Below, piece by piece: positions 1 to 11,093 of a DNA stretch of 64,000 nucleotides. Under the pieces are notes generated by a model. It worked only from the letters and a program-made list of their open reading frames with translations, was not told the origin of the DNA and made no database searches. The DNA is from Desulfobacterales bacterium. GTDB lineage: Bacteria; Desulfobacterota; Desulfobacteria; Desulfobacterales; UBA5852. How positions within the stretch are numbered: position 1 is the first letter of the stretch; the number at the start of each line of letters is the position of its first letter. A program made the translations under genes and the position numbers. The DNA lies in contig CAXXVS010000001.1 in the NCBI GenBank assembly GCA_963674755.2, positions 704,001-768,000 on the forward strand. The letters run 5' to 3'.

Positions 1-64
1 TGTGATTGTTTGGAATCATGCGGGTCACAGCGGGCTTTTCCGTTCACGATACGCAAGATGCCTC

Positions 65-256
65 TCAACCCCCAATACGAATATTTTGGAGGGAGCCAAT
101 GAACCCGAAGACACTCAACAGCCAGAGGATCACTCCAATAATCACGACGACATTGAGAATTTTCTTTATCGTGGCCTGCATCGGAATGTAGCTGTTGATG
201 ACCCAAAGAATCACCCCAACGACAACCAGGACAATGATCAATTGAAGTAACGGCAT
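65..256 (-). CDS. Small two-TM membrane protein (Thivi_2564-like)
   Basis: 63-aa hydrophobic ORF (LIIVLVVVGVILWVINSYIPM...KKILNVVVII) with AGGAG RBS. Confidence 0.75.
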   Translation of the reverse strand: MPLLQLIIVLVVVGVILWVINSYIPMQATIKKILNVVVIIGVILWLLSVFGFIGSLQNIRIGG

Positions 257-445
257 CGTAATTCTCCTTAAGTTAAAAGATTAGTATTCCGACTCTTTTC
301 ATGTTGATTCATGTTCGGGGCGTGGCGTCCGCTTGGGTAACACCGGCCACCAACCGTACGGCGTTCAGGCCGGCGTCATATCTCCTGGGGCCCAGGACCG
401 TCATCGCCCGAATCTCATGCGAACGTTGCCAATTCGTCACCTATT

Positions 446-1924
446 TTATTTGGTTTTCTTGAAATCGATATACCCCTTCTGCACATCCGTACGAACAAGT
501 TGCACCTTGAGCCGCTGGCCCACATCGACGCCTTCAAACCCATCGAGCAGCCGGCCTTCGATGGGTGGCTGAAATATGCGGACCCAGGTTCCTTTTCGGG
601 CGGCACCTGTGCAGATGGCGTCGAACCGTTCTCCAATCCTCGAGGAGAGCAGCATGGCCGCCGCGGATTTCGCAACGCGTCGCTCGACTTTGTTGGCATC
701 ATTTTCCTTCTGGGTGCAGTGAAGGGCCAGTTCCGTCAATTCGTCCCGGCTGTAAGGCGAATGCGCCCTCTCGATGGCGGCCTTCAGGATGCGCTGGGTG
801 ATCAGATCCGGGAACCGGCGGTTGGGCGCCGTCGAGTGGGTGTAGTCCTTGACGGCCAGGCCAAAGTGGCCGGGGGTTTCCTCGTTCGGCGCTTCGACGA
901 CATATTCGCCCGGTCCGAGCAATTTGATGACGGCCAGCGACAGGTCGGGAAAGCGGAGCGGGTCGGCGGCTTTCCGCGCGGCCAAAAACCCCTCGAGCGA
1001 CTTGGAATCCGGCTGCGACGGAAGCTTGTATGCGTGCTGGGCCGCGATTTCGACGATTCTGTCCCAGCGCTTGGGAGAGCGGACCATGCGCCGCAAGGCG
1101 GCGACCTTCTTACCGTGGAGGAAACGCGCGGTCACGCCGTTGGCTGCAATCATAAAATCCTCGATGATCTCTTTGGCCCGGTTGCGCTCCTCCGCCCGCA
1201 GATCCTGGATTTCGTTTCCGGCAAAGACAGGGCGGGCTTCGCGTGTTTCCAGGTCCAGGGCCCCGTGGGCATGCCGCAGGCCTTTCAACTGTTGGGCCGC
1301 CCGGTCCTGGAGCCGGAGATTATCGGCCAGTCCCGGCACGGCCGCCACGGCTGCCGGCATGGAACCTTTGCCTTCCAGCCAGGCGGCCACGCTGTCATAG
1401 GCGAGCTTGGCCTGGTTGCGCACCCGGGCGCGAAAGATCGTCGCGTCCTGCAGCACACCCCCGTCGTCCATCACCATTTCGATGACCATGGCCGGGCGGT
1501 CCTGATGGTAATTGAGCGAGGTAAGGTCCGTAGAGAGCTTCTCCGGCAGCATGGGAAATATCCCGCCGGCGGTGTAAACCGAGGTCGTATTGTGGCGGGC
1601 ATGCGCATCGATGGCCGAGTTCTTGCTAACGAGATCGCCCACGTCGGCGATGGCCACCAACACTTTTATCTGGTTATCCGCTGATAGAACTTCGGCCACG
1701 GTCAATTGGTCCAGATCCAGAGAATCATCATTGTCAATGGATGACCAGAGCAGGTGGCGCAGGTCTATCCCGGCGGGTTCCGCCCCACGACCGCCGCTCC
1801 GGACGGTCTCCAGTTCGCCGAGGGCCTCCCTTGAGAAATCAGGCCGAAAGCCATATTCCTGCATGGCCCGGCGGGCGATCTCTTCCAGGACACCTTTTCG
1901 TCTCGCGTTCGACTGAGTTGCCAT
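446..1924 (-). CDS. RNB-domain exoribonuclease (RNase II/R family, no N-terminal cold-shock domains)
   Basis: SIDNDDSLDLDQ catalytic motif, IEDFMIAAN, HFGLA..YTHSTAPNRRFPDL, C-terminal S1-like region. Confidence 0.9.
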   Translation of the reverse strand: MATQSNARRKGVLEEIARRAMQEYGFRPDFSREALGELETVRSGGRGAEPAGIDLRHLLWSSIDNDDSLDLDQLTVAEVLSADNQIKVLVAIADVGDLVSKNSAIDAHARHNTTSVYTAGGIFPMLPEKLSTDLTSLNYHQDRPAMVIEMVMDDGGVLQDATIFRARVRNQAKLAYDSVAAWLEGKGSMPAAVAAVPGLADNLRLQDRAAQQLKGLRHAHGALDLETREARPVFAGNEIQDLRAEERNRAKEIIEDFMIAANGVTARFLHGKKVAALRRMVRSPKRWDRIVEIAAQHAYKLPSQPDSKSLEGFLAARKAADPLRFPDLSLAVIKLLGPGEYVVEAPNEETPGHFGLAVKDYTHSTAPNRRFPDLITQRILKAAIERAHSPYSRDELTELALHCTQKENDANKVERRVAKSAAAMLLSSRIGERFDAICTGAARKGTWVRIFQPPIEGRLLDGFEGVDVGQRLKVQLVRTDVQKGYIDFKKTK

Positions 1925-1973
1925 ACGCCACCTTCTCTTTTAAAGTCTCTTTCCTGTTACAGACCGCGTTCGC

Positions 1974-2288
1974 CTATTTCACGATCAGATCGTTCTTGAC
2001 GGATTGGACCCCCTTGACGCTAGACGCGATTTGGCCGGCCTTATCAACGGCCTGCCGGGAATTGACAAAGCCGCTCAGTTGAACGATGCCCTTGTAGGTC
2101 TCGACACCGATCTGGAAGGACTTGAGAAAATCATCTTCCGCCAGCAGGGATTTGACCTTGGTCGTGATGACCGAATCGTCCACGTATTCCCCCGTGCTTT
2201 CCTTTTTGGAGGTCGATGCGCAGGCCATCAAGGCGGCCACAAACATGATGAGTACCCAATAGCCCACAACCCTACGTTTCGTTTTCAT
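1974..2288 (-). CDS. BON-domain lipoprotein (OsmY-like)
   Basis: Lipobox LMAC; GEYVDDSVITTKVK and VETYKGIVQLSGFV BON motifs. Confidence 0.9.
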   Translation of the reverse strand: MKTKRRVVGYWVLIMFVAALMACASTSKKESTGEYVDDSVITTKVKSLLAEDDFLKSFQIGVETYKGIVQLSGFVNSRQAVDKAGQIASSVKGVQSVKNDLIVK

Positions 2289-2305
2289 AGCCGTTACTCC
2301 TTTTT

Positions 2306-2527
2306 CTAATGGTTTTTCTCCGATGGTATTGGCTTGATTTTACGGAAACTGCCGTGCAGCAACCAGCCCAGGAGAATACCGATGGATAAAATCAGGAACA
2401 TCAGTAAGGCCCTGGACATCGACAGTGTCCAGAATAAAAACGTCAGTTCCATGGTGGTGACATTCTGGAGAATGAATAAGGCGACCACGGCAGCCAGAAT
2501 CAATCCAATTATGTGTTTAAAACGCAT
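2306..2527 (-). CDS. LapA/DUF1049-like small membrane protein
   Basis: LFILQN...LTFLFW...GILLG pattern, two TM segments. Confidence 0.75.
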   Translation of the reverse strand: MRFKHIIGLILAAVVALFILQNVTTMELTFLFWTLSMSRALLMFLILSIGILLGWLLHGSFRKIKPIPSEKNH

Positions 2528-2548
2528 CGCAAGTCCTCCCCATTCAAC

Positions 2549-2725
2549 CTATTCTTTTATGCGCGAAGCATAGCAAATGGGACGATGTTTCCCTTCCCGC
2601 GGTTCTTCCGTATAGAATGGTTGGTTTCCTAATGGATCCTTTCCCTCGACACGGTTCGATTCGAATGCCGTTTCGATCAGTCCCCTGACATAGGTCTGAA
2701 CATCATCTTTCAGGATATTCGCCAT
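2549..2725 (-). CDS. Hypothetical 58-aa protein (not in ORF track)
   Basis: AGGAGG RBS before ATG; MANILKDDVQTYVRGLIETAFES...; co-oriented between ftsH and the lapA-like gene. Confidence 0.45.
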   Translation of the reverse strand: MANILKDDVQTYVRGLIETAFESNRVEGKDPLGNQPFYTEEPREGKHRPICYASRIKE

Positions 2726-2786
2726 GTGAGCCTCCTGTCATATTTACGCAAGGTAGAACGCTTTGCCGACGATCCACTTTCGATGA

Positions 2787-4685
2787 TCAGGCGGCAAGGG
2801 ACGGTGCGGCGGACGACAGCATCTTTCTGAGCTCGTCGCCCTGGACACTTTCCTGTTGGGAGAGGAGATGCGCCAGAGCATCGAGGACGGTGCGCCGCTC
2901 CGATAGGATCTTGCGCACCCGTTGATGGGCTTCATCGACGAACCGCGCGACCTCGTCATCGATCTGCGCGGCTTTGGCTTCGCTGTAGACCTTGCCGGTC
3001 GAAAAACTTTCGGGCAAAAACATCGGCTGGCGTGACCGTTCGTAGCTCACCAGGCCCATGGCATCGCTCATGCCATATTCCGTGACCATGGCCCGGGCAA
3101 TGTCCGAGGCGCGCTGCAGATCGTTCTGGGCGCCGGTTGATATTTCATTGAACACCAGTTCCTCCGCGACACGCCCTCCCAAGAGAACCGCCAGCCGGTC
3201 GAGCAGTTCCGAGCGGGTCAGCAGGTAGCGGTCTTCCGTGGGCTGCTGCTGGGTATAGCCGAGCGCCGCGATCCCACGCGGAATGATGGAAATTTTGTGC
3301 ACCGGGTCGGCATGTTCCACCGATTCGGCCACAATGGCATGTCCCGATTCGTGGAAGGCGACAATTTCTTTTTCCTGCGAATTCATCACCCGGTTCTTTT
3401 TCTGAAGACCGGCCACCACCCGATCGATGGCCTCGTCGAAATCCACTGCCTCGACCTGTTCCTTATTGTTGCGGGCCGCCAGCAAGGCCGCTTCATTGAT
3501 GATATTGGCCAGGTCCGCGCCGACAAAGCCCGGCGTGCGGCCGGCGATCCCGCGCAGGTCGACTTCCGGACCCAACAGAACATTTTGGGAATGGATTTTC
3601 AGGATGGCTTCCCGCCCATTGATGTCCGGGCGGTCCACCAGGACCTGCCGGTCTAAACGCCCCGGCCTCAACAGGGCCGGATCCAGAATTTCAGGCCGGT
3701 TGGTGGCGGCCATGATGATGACCCCTTGATTCGTTTCGAAGCCGTCCATCTCCACCAGCAGTTGGTTGAGCGTCTGCTCCCGTTCGTCATGCCCGCCCAT
3801 GACGTTCATTCCCCGGGCTTTGCCGAGGGCGTCCAGTTCGTCGATAAAGATGATACACGGCGCCTGAAGGGCAGCTTGCGCGAACAGATCGCGAACGCGG
3901 GCCGCTCCCACGCCGACAAACATTTCCACAAACTCGGACCCGCTGATGCTGAAGAACGGTACCTGGGCTTCACCGGCCACGGCTTTTGCCAGCAGCGTTT
4001 TCCCGGTTCCCGGCGGACCGACCAGAAGGACCCCTTTGGGAATCCTGCCCCCCAATTTCTGGAATTTTTCCGGCGTCTTTAGAAATTCGACCACTTCCTG
4101 GAGTTCTTCTTTGGCCTCATCGATACCCGCCACATCATCGAACGAAACCCTGGTATCGGTCTGTGCGAAGATTTTGGCTTTGCTCTTGCTGAAAGACATG
4201 ACTCCCATTCCCGGCCCCATCTTTTTCATGGCAAATCGCCAAAGCAGAAAAAATATGCCCAGGGGCAGAACCCATCCGAGAAGGCCGTTCAAAAATTTGC
4301 TTTCATATCGTCCCGAATAGCTGACTTTGCGTTCATCGAGGACTTTGACCAGGTCGGGATCGTTCACACGGACCGTTGTAAACTCACGCGCAGGGGTACC
4401 TTTCAGGGTCCCCCTGATATTGTCGGGGCCGATGGTCACCTTGTCGACGGTGGCTTCATCGAGGTATTGTTTAAATTGGCTGTAGGGAATGGTCTCCACT
4501 TTGCCGGAGAAGAGATATTGCTGCATATACACGATAAAAAGCATGGTGATGAGAAAATACCAGATGCTGAAACGCGCTTTGGGCGGCAGCGCCCCCCCAG
4601 TGTTTTTAGGGGCACTGGAAACGAAGAGGGATCGAAGCTTCCCCGTCAGGTTGTCCAAAAGCTCTTTTTTCTTGTCATTTGCCAT
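2787..4685 (-). CDS. ftsH: ATP-dependent zinc metalloprotease FtsH
   Basis: Two TM segments, Walker A GPPGTGKT, Walker [17 protein letters not shown] zinc motif. Confidence 0.97.
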   Translation of the reverse strand: MANDKKKELLDNLTGKLRSLFVSSAPKNTGGALPPKARFSIWYFLITMLFIVYMQQYLFSGKVETIPYSQFKQYLDEATVDKVTIGPDNIRGTLKGTPAREFTTVRVNDPDLVKVLDERKVSYSGRYESKFLNGLLGWVLPLGIFFLLWRFAMKKMGPGMGVMSFSKSKAKIFAQTDTRVSFDDVAGIDEAKEELQEVVEFLKTPEKFQKLGGRIPKGVLLVGPPGTGKTLLAKAVAGEAQVPFFSISGSEFVEMFVGVGAARVRDLFAQAALQAPCIIFIDELDALGKARGMNVMGGHDEREQTLNQLLVEMDGFETNQGVIIMAATNRPEILDPALLRPGRLDRQVLVDRPDINGREAILKIHSQNVLLGPEVDLRGIAGRTPGFVGADLANIINEAALLAARNNKEQVEAVDFDEAIDRVVAGLQKKNRVMNSQEKEIVAFHESGHAIVAESVEHADPVHKISIIPRGIAALGYTQQQPTEDRYLLTRSELLDRLAVLLGGRVAEELVFNEISTGAQNDLQRASDIARAMVTEYGMSDAMGLVSYERSRQPMFLPESFSTGKVYSEAKAAQIDDEVARFVDEAHQRVRKILSERRTVLDALAHLLSQQESVQGDELRKMLSSAAPSLAA

Positions 4686-4729
4686 TTTCGATTACCCTCT
4701 TTGAGCTGCGATACGCTGCTATCTGTAAG

Positions 4730-4745
4730 TACAATCTTTATGCCA
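4730..4745 (-). promoter_or_regulatory. Sigma54 -24/-12 promoter upstream of ftsH
   Basis: TGGCATAAAGATTGTA (GG-N10-GT variant); near-identical copy at 8797-8812. Confidence 0.6.
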
Positions 4746-4845
4746 GGCTTCTATATCTCGCCTTAGCATTAGCCATCATATTGAATTAATGTGCTATTTG
4801 GATTTTATAGCAATCCTGCGCGGACATGGGCGGGCATGCAAAATA

Positions 4846-4876
4846 GGTCATATATGGCCGGTGACCATATATGACC
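4846..4876. promoter_or_regulatory. Tandem palindromic boxes, candidate enhancer-binding-protein site
   Basis: GGTCATATATGGCC-GGT-GACCATATATGACC about 100 bp upstream of the sigma54 motif; paralogous copy at 8913-8943. Confidence 0.6.
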
Positions 4877-5158
4877 TTTTGTGTGGCTTGTTTCGTTACG
4901 GCCGTCCACCCGTCTCATCCAAAAAGAGAGGTATCGTCGGCGATTTCGAGGCGCCGTCGTCGCCTTCCGATGGCGGGTTACCGTTAGCATTTTTCGGCGG
5001 CAATGCCGATAATGCGGGCACCGGGGGTGAGGCAGGCCGGAGGGAGCGCGCCTTCCAGCCTGCCCGATAATGTGCCGTCTCATCGAGTGAATGCTACTGT
5101 TGCTGGAGGGCGTTTTGGGCGCCCTAAAAAAGATCGACAGGTTAATATCGATCGCATC

Positions 5159-5395
5159 TCATCGATTCGAGCGGTAGCATCTTCCTAACGAAGATATTAC
5201 CGCGTCCATCCGAAATTCAATTTCACGGTACCTGTCCGACGACATTGAAACGAAGTCTTCGGGTCTTGCGGTGAAATCCGTCAAAAACTCGGCAAGGTCC
5301 GGATCAATGCCGATGCGTCGGAAAAATTCGGCTTTCGAACCGGCGCTTTTCCGCTCTCCATGGATGCCACTGTCCCGGGTTGCCATCGGGTTCAT
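5159..5395 (-). CDS. Hypothetical protein
   Basis: 78-aa ORF with GGAG RBS; no recognised motif. Confidence 0.35.
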   Translation of the reverse strand: MNPMATRDSGIHGERKSAGSKAEFFRRIGIDPDLAEFLTDFTARPEDFVSMSSDRYREIEFRMDAVISSLGRCYRSNR

Positions 5396-5415
5396 CTCCC
5401 TGCGGTGATTGTTTT

Positions 5416-5626
<211 letters not shown>

Positions 5627-6595
5627 TCATCGGCCATACTTTTCTCCGGGGCGCGCCTGCTTGATATATTGATAGAAGTCGCTGTCCGTGGTCAGAATCA
5701 ACACGGAGTTCGAATTGGTCTTTTCCTTGTAGCTTTCAAGGGTGCGTAAAAAAGCATAGAATTCTGGGTTTTTATTGAAAGCCTGGCCGTAGATTTGCGT
5801 CGCCTCAGCGTCGGCCTGGCCTTGAACTTCCTGCACCCGACGGTAAGCGGTGGAGCGGATCTGGCGCAGTTCTTTTTCCATTGTACCGAGGATCTCGGCG
5901 CTGCGCCCCTCGCCTTCAGAGCGAAACTGTGCGGCGATCCGTTTGCGCTCGGAGATCATGCGCGCGTAGACCTTCTCGCGGACGCTTTCCACGTAGTCGA
6001 GACGCTTGATGCGCACGTCCACCAGTTCGATGCCGTATTGCGGGATGATCTTTCGTGCTTCCGTCAGTATCGTTCGGGTGATCTCCTCCCGGCCGCGGGC
6101 AATCTTCCTTTTAAGCTCCTCCTCGCGCTCCTTGGGGATCTCCTTGAGGGCTTCGTCCTCAGGCACTTCCCACGATGCACTGCGCACGAGTTCAACGAGT
6201 TCGCTGCTTGAAACCTGGTCGCGCACCACCGAATCGAGAATATCGTTCAGGCGCGACTGGGCCCCTTCTTCGCTGGCCACATTCTCCAGAAATTTTTTCG
6301 CGTCGGCAATCCGCCATCGGGCGGTGGTGTCCACCCAGATGAACTCGCGTCCTTTGGTGGGAACCTGGTTCGGATCACCGTCCCAGACCAGCAGACGCTT
6401 TTCGAATCGCCGGACCTCCTGTACAAAGGGCAGTTTCATGTGCAGCCCGGCCTCGGTTACCGTTTCCCCAACAGGCCGGCCAAACTGCACGACAATGGCC
6501 TGCTGACCCTCCTCCAATGTATATAGACCGCCATAGACTATGACAACGATCACCACAGCTATCGCGAGGATGACTGCTTTCAAGGTAAACTTCAT
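5627..6595 (-). CDS. hflC: FtsH modulator HflC
   Basis: SPFH domain, YGIELVDVRIKR, RMISERKRIA...RSEGE, PEFYAFLRTLESY. Confidence 0.93.
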   Translation of the reverse strand: MKFTLKAVILAIAVVIVVIVYGGLYTLEEGQQAIVVQFGRPVGETVTEAGLHMKLPFVQEVRRFEKRLLVWDGDPNQVPTKGREFIWVDTTARWRIADAKKFLENVASEEGAQSRLNDILDSVVRDQVSSSELVELVRSASWEVPEDEALKEIPKEREEELKRKIARGREEITRTILTEARKIIPQYGIELVDVRIKRLDYVESVREKVYARMISERKRIAAQFRSEGEGRSAEILGTMEKELRQIRSTAYRRVQEVQGQADAEATQIYGQAFNKNPEFYAFLRTLESYKEKTNSNSVLILTTDSDFYQYIKQARPGEKYGR

Positions 6596-7641
6596 GGCTG
6601 CCTCCCTTGTGCTGAAGGTTGCCCACTGGACTCCAAGGGGAGCCAGGGCACCATGGCCTTCTGGTCCGAATCCACGATATAGAGCCCTTTCATGTCTGAC
6701 AGGAAACCGGTCATGGCCTCCAGATACAGGCGCCGGCGCGTAACCTGCGGCGCCTGTTCGTATTGTCCTAAAATGGCCTCAAAACGGGTGGCCTCGCCTT
6801 GGGCCCGGTTCACGCGTTCCAAGGCATACCCTTCGGCCTCGCTGATGCTTTGTGTCGCCACCCCTCTGGCTTTGGGGATTTCCCGGTTGGCCTGTTCCTG
6901 GGCTTTATTGATCGTTTGCTCTTTGTCCTGACGCGACTCGTTGACTTCATTAAAGGCCGGTTTTACGGTATCCGGCGGGGTTACATCCTGAAGTTCTACG
7001 GTAACCAGACGCACTCCGGACTCATAGGCTGACAGGATTTTCTGGATTTCGGTTTTGGCTTCACTGGCCACCGCCACCCGGCCGGTGGTTAGCACATCGC
7101 TGCCCAGACGGTTGCCGACCGCGCGGCGCATGACCGCCTCGGCCGTGTCGCGGATTGTTTTCGATGTGTCGCGGACTTGAAACAGGTAGCGGATCGGGTC
7201 TTCGATGCGGTACTGGACGATCCACTGAACATCGATAACGTTCAAATCCCCGGTGAGCATCAGCGACTCGTCCTTGTAGTTGCCGCGCGTATCATAGCGG
7301 GTCTTTTCACCGGGAACGGTGGACACCGCGACCGTCCGAAACCCGAACTCCTCTTTGAGCACGCGAGCCGTGGGCAGCAGACGGACCTTTTCGATACCAT
7401 AAGGCAATTTGAAATGCAGTCCCGGACCGGCCGTGCGCATGACCTTGCCGAAGCGCTGTACAATGCCCGTTTCCTCCGGTTGGACGGTGAACCATGCCGT
7501 CCATAAGACCACCACCACAACACCGGCGACAAGAATGAGAACCGGAGCGCCTTTGAATCTTTCAAACTGGTGTCGAAGGTTTTTCAGCACGTCATCCAAA
7601 GACGGCGGTGATCCTCCTGGGGGTTGATTCATTTGAGTCAT
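6592..7641 (-). CDS. hflK: FtsH modulator HflK
   Basis: MLTGDLNVIDVQW, LQDVTPP..VKPAFNEV, PQVTRRRLYLEAM; overlaps hflC start. Confidence 0.93.
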   Translation of the reverse strand: MTQMNQPPGGSPPSLDDVLKNLRHQFERFKGAPVLILVAGVVVVVLWTAWFTVQPEETGIVQRFGKVMRTAGPGLHFKLPYGIEKVRLLPTARVLKEEFGFRTVAVSTVPGEKTRYDTRGNYKDESLMLTGDLNVIDVQWIVQYRIEDPIRYLFQVRDTSKTIRDTAEAVMRRAVGNRLGSDVLTTGRVAVASEAKTEIQKILSAYESGVRLVTVELQDVTPPDTVKPAFNEVNESRQDKEQTINKAQEQANREIPKARGVATQSISEAEGYALERVNRAQGEATRFEAILGQYEQAPQVTRRRLYLEAMTGFLSDMKGLYIVDSDQKAMVPWLPLESSGQPSAQGRQP

Positions 7642-7703
7642 GCCTTACCTCCTGTAGTATTCCTTATGGGTAGCGTGCCTTGCTGACGATTCTGTTTCGA
7701 TGA

Positions 7704-8362
7704 TCAGGCGGCGAGGGGCGGTGCGGCGGACGACAGGGTTATTCTGAACTCGTCGCCCTGGTCACGCTCCTGTCGGGAGCGGAGATGCGCCAGAGCATCG
7801 AGAACGGTGTGTCGCTCCGATAGGATCTTGCGCACGCGCTGGTGGGTTTCATCGACGAACCGCGCAACTTCATCATCGAATCGCGCGGCGTTGGCTTCGC
7901 TGTAAACGTTGCCGTTGGAAAAACTTTCGGGCAAAAACATCGGCTGGCGCGATCGTTCGCAGCTCACCCGGCCTATGGCTTCGCTCATGCCCTATGCCGT
8001 GACCGTGGCCCGGACAATGTCCGAGGCGCGCTGCCGATCGTTCTGGGCGCCGGTTGAAATTTCATTGAACACCAGCTCCTCCGCGACACGCCCTCCCAAA
8101 AGGACGGCCAGCCGGTCGGCCAGTTCCGAACGGGTCAGGAGGTAACCTTCTTCCGTGGGCTGCTGCTGGGTATAAGCGAAGGCCGCGATCCCGCGCGGAA
8201 TGATGGCGATTTTGTGCACCGGGTCGGCATGTTCCACCGATTCGGCCGCAATGGCATGTCCCGACTCGTGAAAGGCGACAATTTCTTTTTCCTGCGAATT
8301 CATCACCCGGTTCTTTTTCTGAAAACCGGCCGCCCCCCGGTCGATGGCTGCGTCGAAATCCT
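7704..8362 (-). pseudogene. Truncated duplicate of the ftsH protease domain
   Basis: High nucleotide similarity to 2787-3445 including HESGH; no AAA+ part; internal TAG at 7992. Confidence 0.9.
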
Positions 8363-8377
8363 CCCCAAATATCGTCT

Positions 8378-8680
8378 TTACCCGCCAACCTCACCAGGCG
8401 AAAGTTCACGCCAGGCGCGGTCGACACTGCTCCCAATGGTACCGAATAGATCATCGATTTCGTTTTTAAGCGGTGACCAGTCCGATGGGCATTCCGTTTC
8501 CAGCTGTTGAACCCTCATCTGGGCGCTGGTGACCTCCTGCTCAAGTTGGCCAACAAGCGGCAAAATTTTTTCTTTTTGTTCGGTGCCATAACTGTCCGCA
8601 ACCTTTTTCATTGCTTCAAGTTTCTCTTTCCAGGCGCTAACCTCAGCATGCATCGCTTTACAATAATCCTGTACTTTCAT
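8378..8680 (-). CDS. Hypothetical helical/coiled-coil protein
   Basis: 100 aa, GGAG RBS, ...LETECPSDWSP...; first gene after a sigma54 motif. Confidence 0.75.
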   Translation of the reverse strand: MKVQDYCKAMHAEVSAWKEKLEAMKKVADSYGTEQKEKILPLVGQLEQEVTSAQMRVQQLETECPSDWSPLKNEIDDLFGTIGSSVDRAWRELSPGEVGG

Positions 8681-8796
8681 GATCGCTCCCTTTTTGTTGT
8701 CGGTTTTAATTGTACCGTGAATAAAGCCATATCTCCTGCACCCACGGTGTCACTCGTCCGATGCTTCACCTTGCAGCTGACGCAACTACACATAAA

Positions 8797-8812
8797 TACA
8801 ATCTCTGTGCCA
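8797..8812 (-). promoter_or_regulatory. Sigma54 -24/-12 promoter
   Basis: TGGCACAGAGATTGTA. Confidence 0.65.
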
Positions 8813-8912
8813 GCCTTCAAAAATATGCCTCCGTATTTTTTATCCTATTGGATTAATGTAGTATTTAAGCTTTTTGCGGACCCTGCACCGGCATAGGCGG
8901 GCAAGCTAAAAG

Positions 8913-8943
8913 GATCATATGTGACCAGTGGTCACATATGGCC
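8913..8943. promoter_or_regulatory. Tandem palindromic boxes, candidate activator binding site
   Basis: GATCATATGTGACC-AGT-GGTCACATATGGCC; perfect 12-bp arms at 8916-8927 and 8929-8940. Confidence 0.6.
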
Positions 8944-9075
8944 CGGTTTTCAGCGCATTCGCCATGGGATCGATGGCAGGCAATCAATAGGAAGCCGCTG
9001 TCAAATGGCGGAGAGGGGTGTGAGGCGTCTAACCTTTGGAGCGCGTATTGTTCGGATTGGGATAAGGGAGGGATT

Positions 9076-10557
9076 TTATGGTTTGCGGATATCGAGCTTG
9101 CGCATGCGGGCGCGCAAGGTACTGCGATTCAGTCCCAAAATCTCCGCCGCACTGTTTTCCCCGCTCACTTTCCAGCGGGTTTGCTCAAGCACCCGGACAA
9201 TATACGCCCGTTCGACATCCGCCAGGCTTCTATTGGCGTTAGTCAAATCTTTGCTGGGCTGTTTCAGTTCATCCACCAGGTGCAGTTTGGGCCCCGAAGA
9301 ATTGATCACCGCGCGCTCGAGAACGTTTTCAAGCTCGCGGATATTCCCGGGCCAATGATAGCTCTCCAGCGCACTCATCACACTGACCGGAATCACCCTG
9401 ATGGATTTGCCGAGTCTTTTCGAAATTTTGTCGACGAAAAAATGAACCAGCAGCGGAATGTCTTCCCTGCGCGCTCTGAGGGGTGGCAGGGTGATCGGGA
9501 AAATATTGAGTCGGTACCAGAGATCCTCCCGGAACGTGCCCTTGCGCACCTCCGCCTCCAGATTGCGGTTGGTGGCGGCAATAATGCGAACATCGACCTT
9601 TATCGTTTCGGAACTGCCCAGGCGTTCGAACTCACCGGTTTCGATGACTTGCAGAAGCTTGGGCTGCAAATCCAGGGGCAGTTCGCCGATCTCATCCAGG
9701 AACAGGGTGGTGCCGTTGGCAACCTCGAACCGCCCCAACCGTCGGGAATGGGCATTGGTGAAGGCCCCTTTCTCATGGCCGAAAAGTTCGCTTTCAATCA
9801 GATTCGAAGGCAACGCGGCACAATTCATTTTAACCAGGGCGCGATCCTTACGCTGGCTCAAGCCATGAATGGCCCGCGCCACCAGTTCCTTGCCGGTTCC
9901 GGTTTCGCCGAGAACGAGGACATTGGTATCCGAGGACGCGATCTGCTCGACCTTGTAAAACACATATTTTATTTCATCGCTGCGGCCGATAATATTCTCG
10001 TGGTTAAATTCCAGTTTGATTTCTTCTTGCAAATAGGCGCGTTCGGCTTCGAGCTGGTCCTTTAATTGCCGTATTTCTTCCAGCGCGTTTTCAGCCGTCT
10101 GCTTGCTGTTTTCAGCCTCTTGCTTTGCGGCGATGAGTTCGGCTGTCCGTGTTTCGACCATTTCTTCAAGATTTTTACGGTAGTATTCGCGTTCGGTAAC
10201 ATCCTCGACGGCCAAAAGAATCAGCTGCGTTTGGTTTTCGTTACGATATATCCGCCGGGCATTCAGATGCATGATCTTGGGGCCGATCGTCTCAAAGTTG
10301 TGTTCCACTTCAAAATCATTGAAAGTGGTGTTCTGCGGAAGGATGTCTTCAAGCAATTCCCTCAGTTTGGGAATATCCCATTGCCGGTTGCCCAGTTCAT
10401 ATATCAGCACCCCTTCGGTGTTCTCGGGAGACGCGTTAAAGGTGCGGTAAAATGAATCGTTGGCCTTCACAACGATCAGATCGGCGTCAAGCACCAGCAA
10501 TGGCTCGCGAATCGAATCCACGATGTTGGCAAAAAGTTTAAGAAAGGCGTTTTTCAT
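9076..10557 (-). CDS. PAS-domain sigma54-dependent transcriptional activator
   Basis: PAS, GETGTGKE, ESELFGHEKGAFTNA (GAFTGA variant), WPGNIRELEN, C-terminal Fis HTH. Confidence 0.95.
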   Translation of the reverse strand: MKNAFLKLFANIVDSIREPLLVLDADLIVVKANDSFYRTFNASPENTEGVLIYELGNRQWDIPKLRELLEDILPQNTTFNDFEVEHNFETIGPKIMHLNARRIYRNENQTQLILLAVEDVTEREYYRKNLEEMVETRTAELIAAKQEAENSKQTAENALEEIRQLKDQLEAERAYLQEEIKLEFNHENIIGRSDEIKYVFYKVEQIASSDTNVLVLGETGTGKELVARAIHGLSQRKDRALVKMNCAALPSNLIESELFGHEKGAFTNAHSRRLGRFEVANGTTLFLDEIGELPLDLQPKLLQVIETGEFERLGSSETIKVDVRIIAATNRNLEAEVRKGTFREDLWYRLNIFPITLPPLRARREDIPLLVHFFVDKISKRLGKSIRVIPVSVMSALESYHWPGNIRELENVLERAVINSSGPKLHLVDELKQPSKDLTNANRSLADVERAYIVRVLEQTRWKVSGENSAAEILGLNRSTLRARMRKLDIRKP

Positions 10558-11093
10558 CTAATTAACCAGAAGGCCAGCCGCCAAATACCGGGGCCGGCCT
10601 TTGTCCGATCGTTATCGATAGGGCGTGGATAGCGCTCTATCGCTGGAGACAAAGCTTATATAGTTCCCTGTCCCGTGCTTTGGCGTTGGATTTTCTCGAT
10701 CATCTGATTGATGACATGGCTGTGCTCATGCTGAGGCCTGAACATGATAATATTCGCATCGGCATCAACTTTTAGATTGTGTCCTGGCGGCCCGTAAAAC
10801 AGATCATTATCTTTGGCCATCCGCATGATCGTTTCTCTTCAGCCAATGGATACGGTGTGCTTGGTGGACTTCTTTCGCCGCATTCGTTCCGAACGACAGG
10901 TGTCTATTTTGACAGAAAATCAAGGCATCCGAGTTGACATTTGATATTGGGAAGGTAGGTTCAATACGGGGCCCACAGTATAGTCCTTTAATACTGGGGA
11001 TTGGTTGTATTTTTGTCAAGAATGAATTGGGGAAACGATATTCCGCAAAAGGTAACCCGTAACCCGTTCGGATGACAAGGGAAAGGACCCGTT

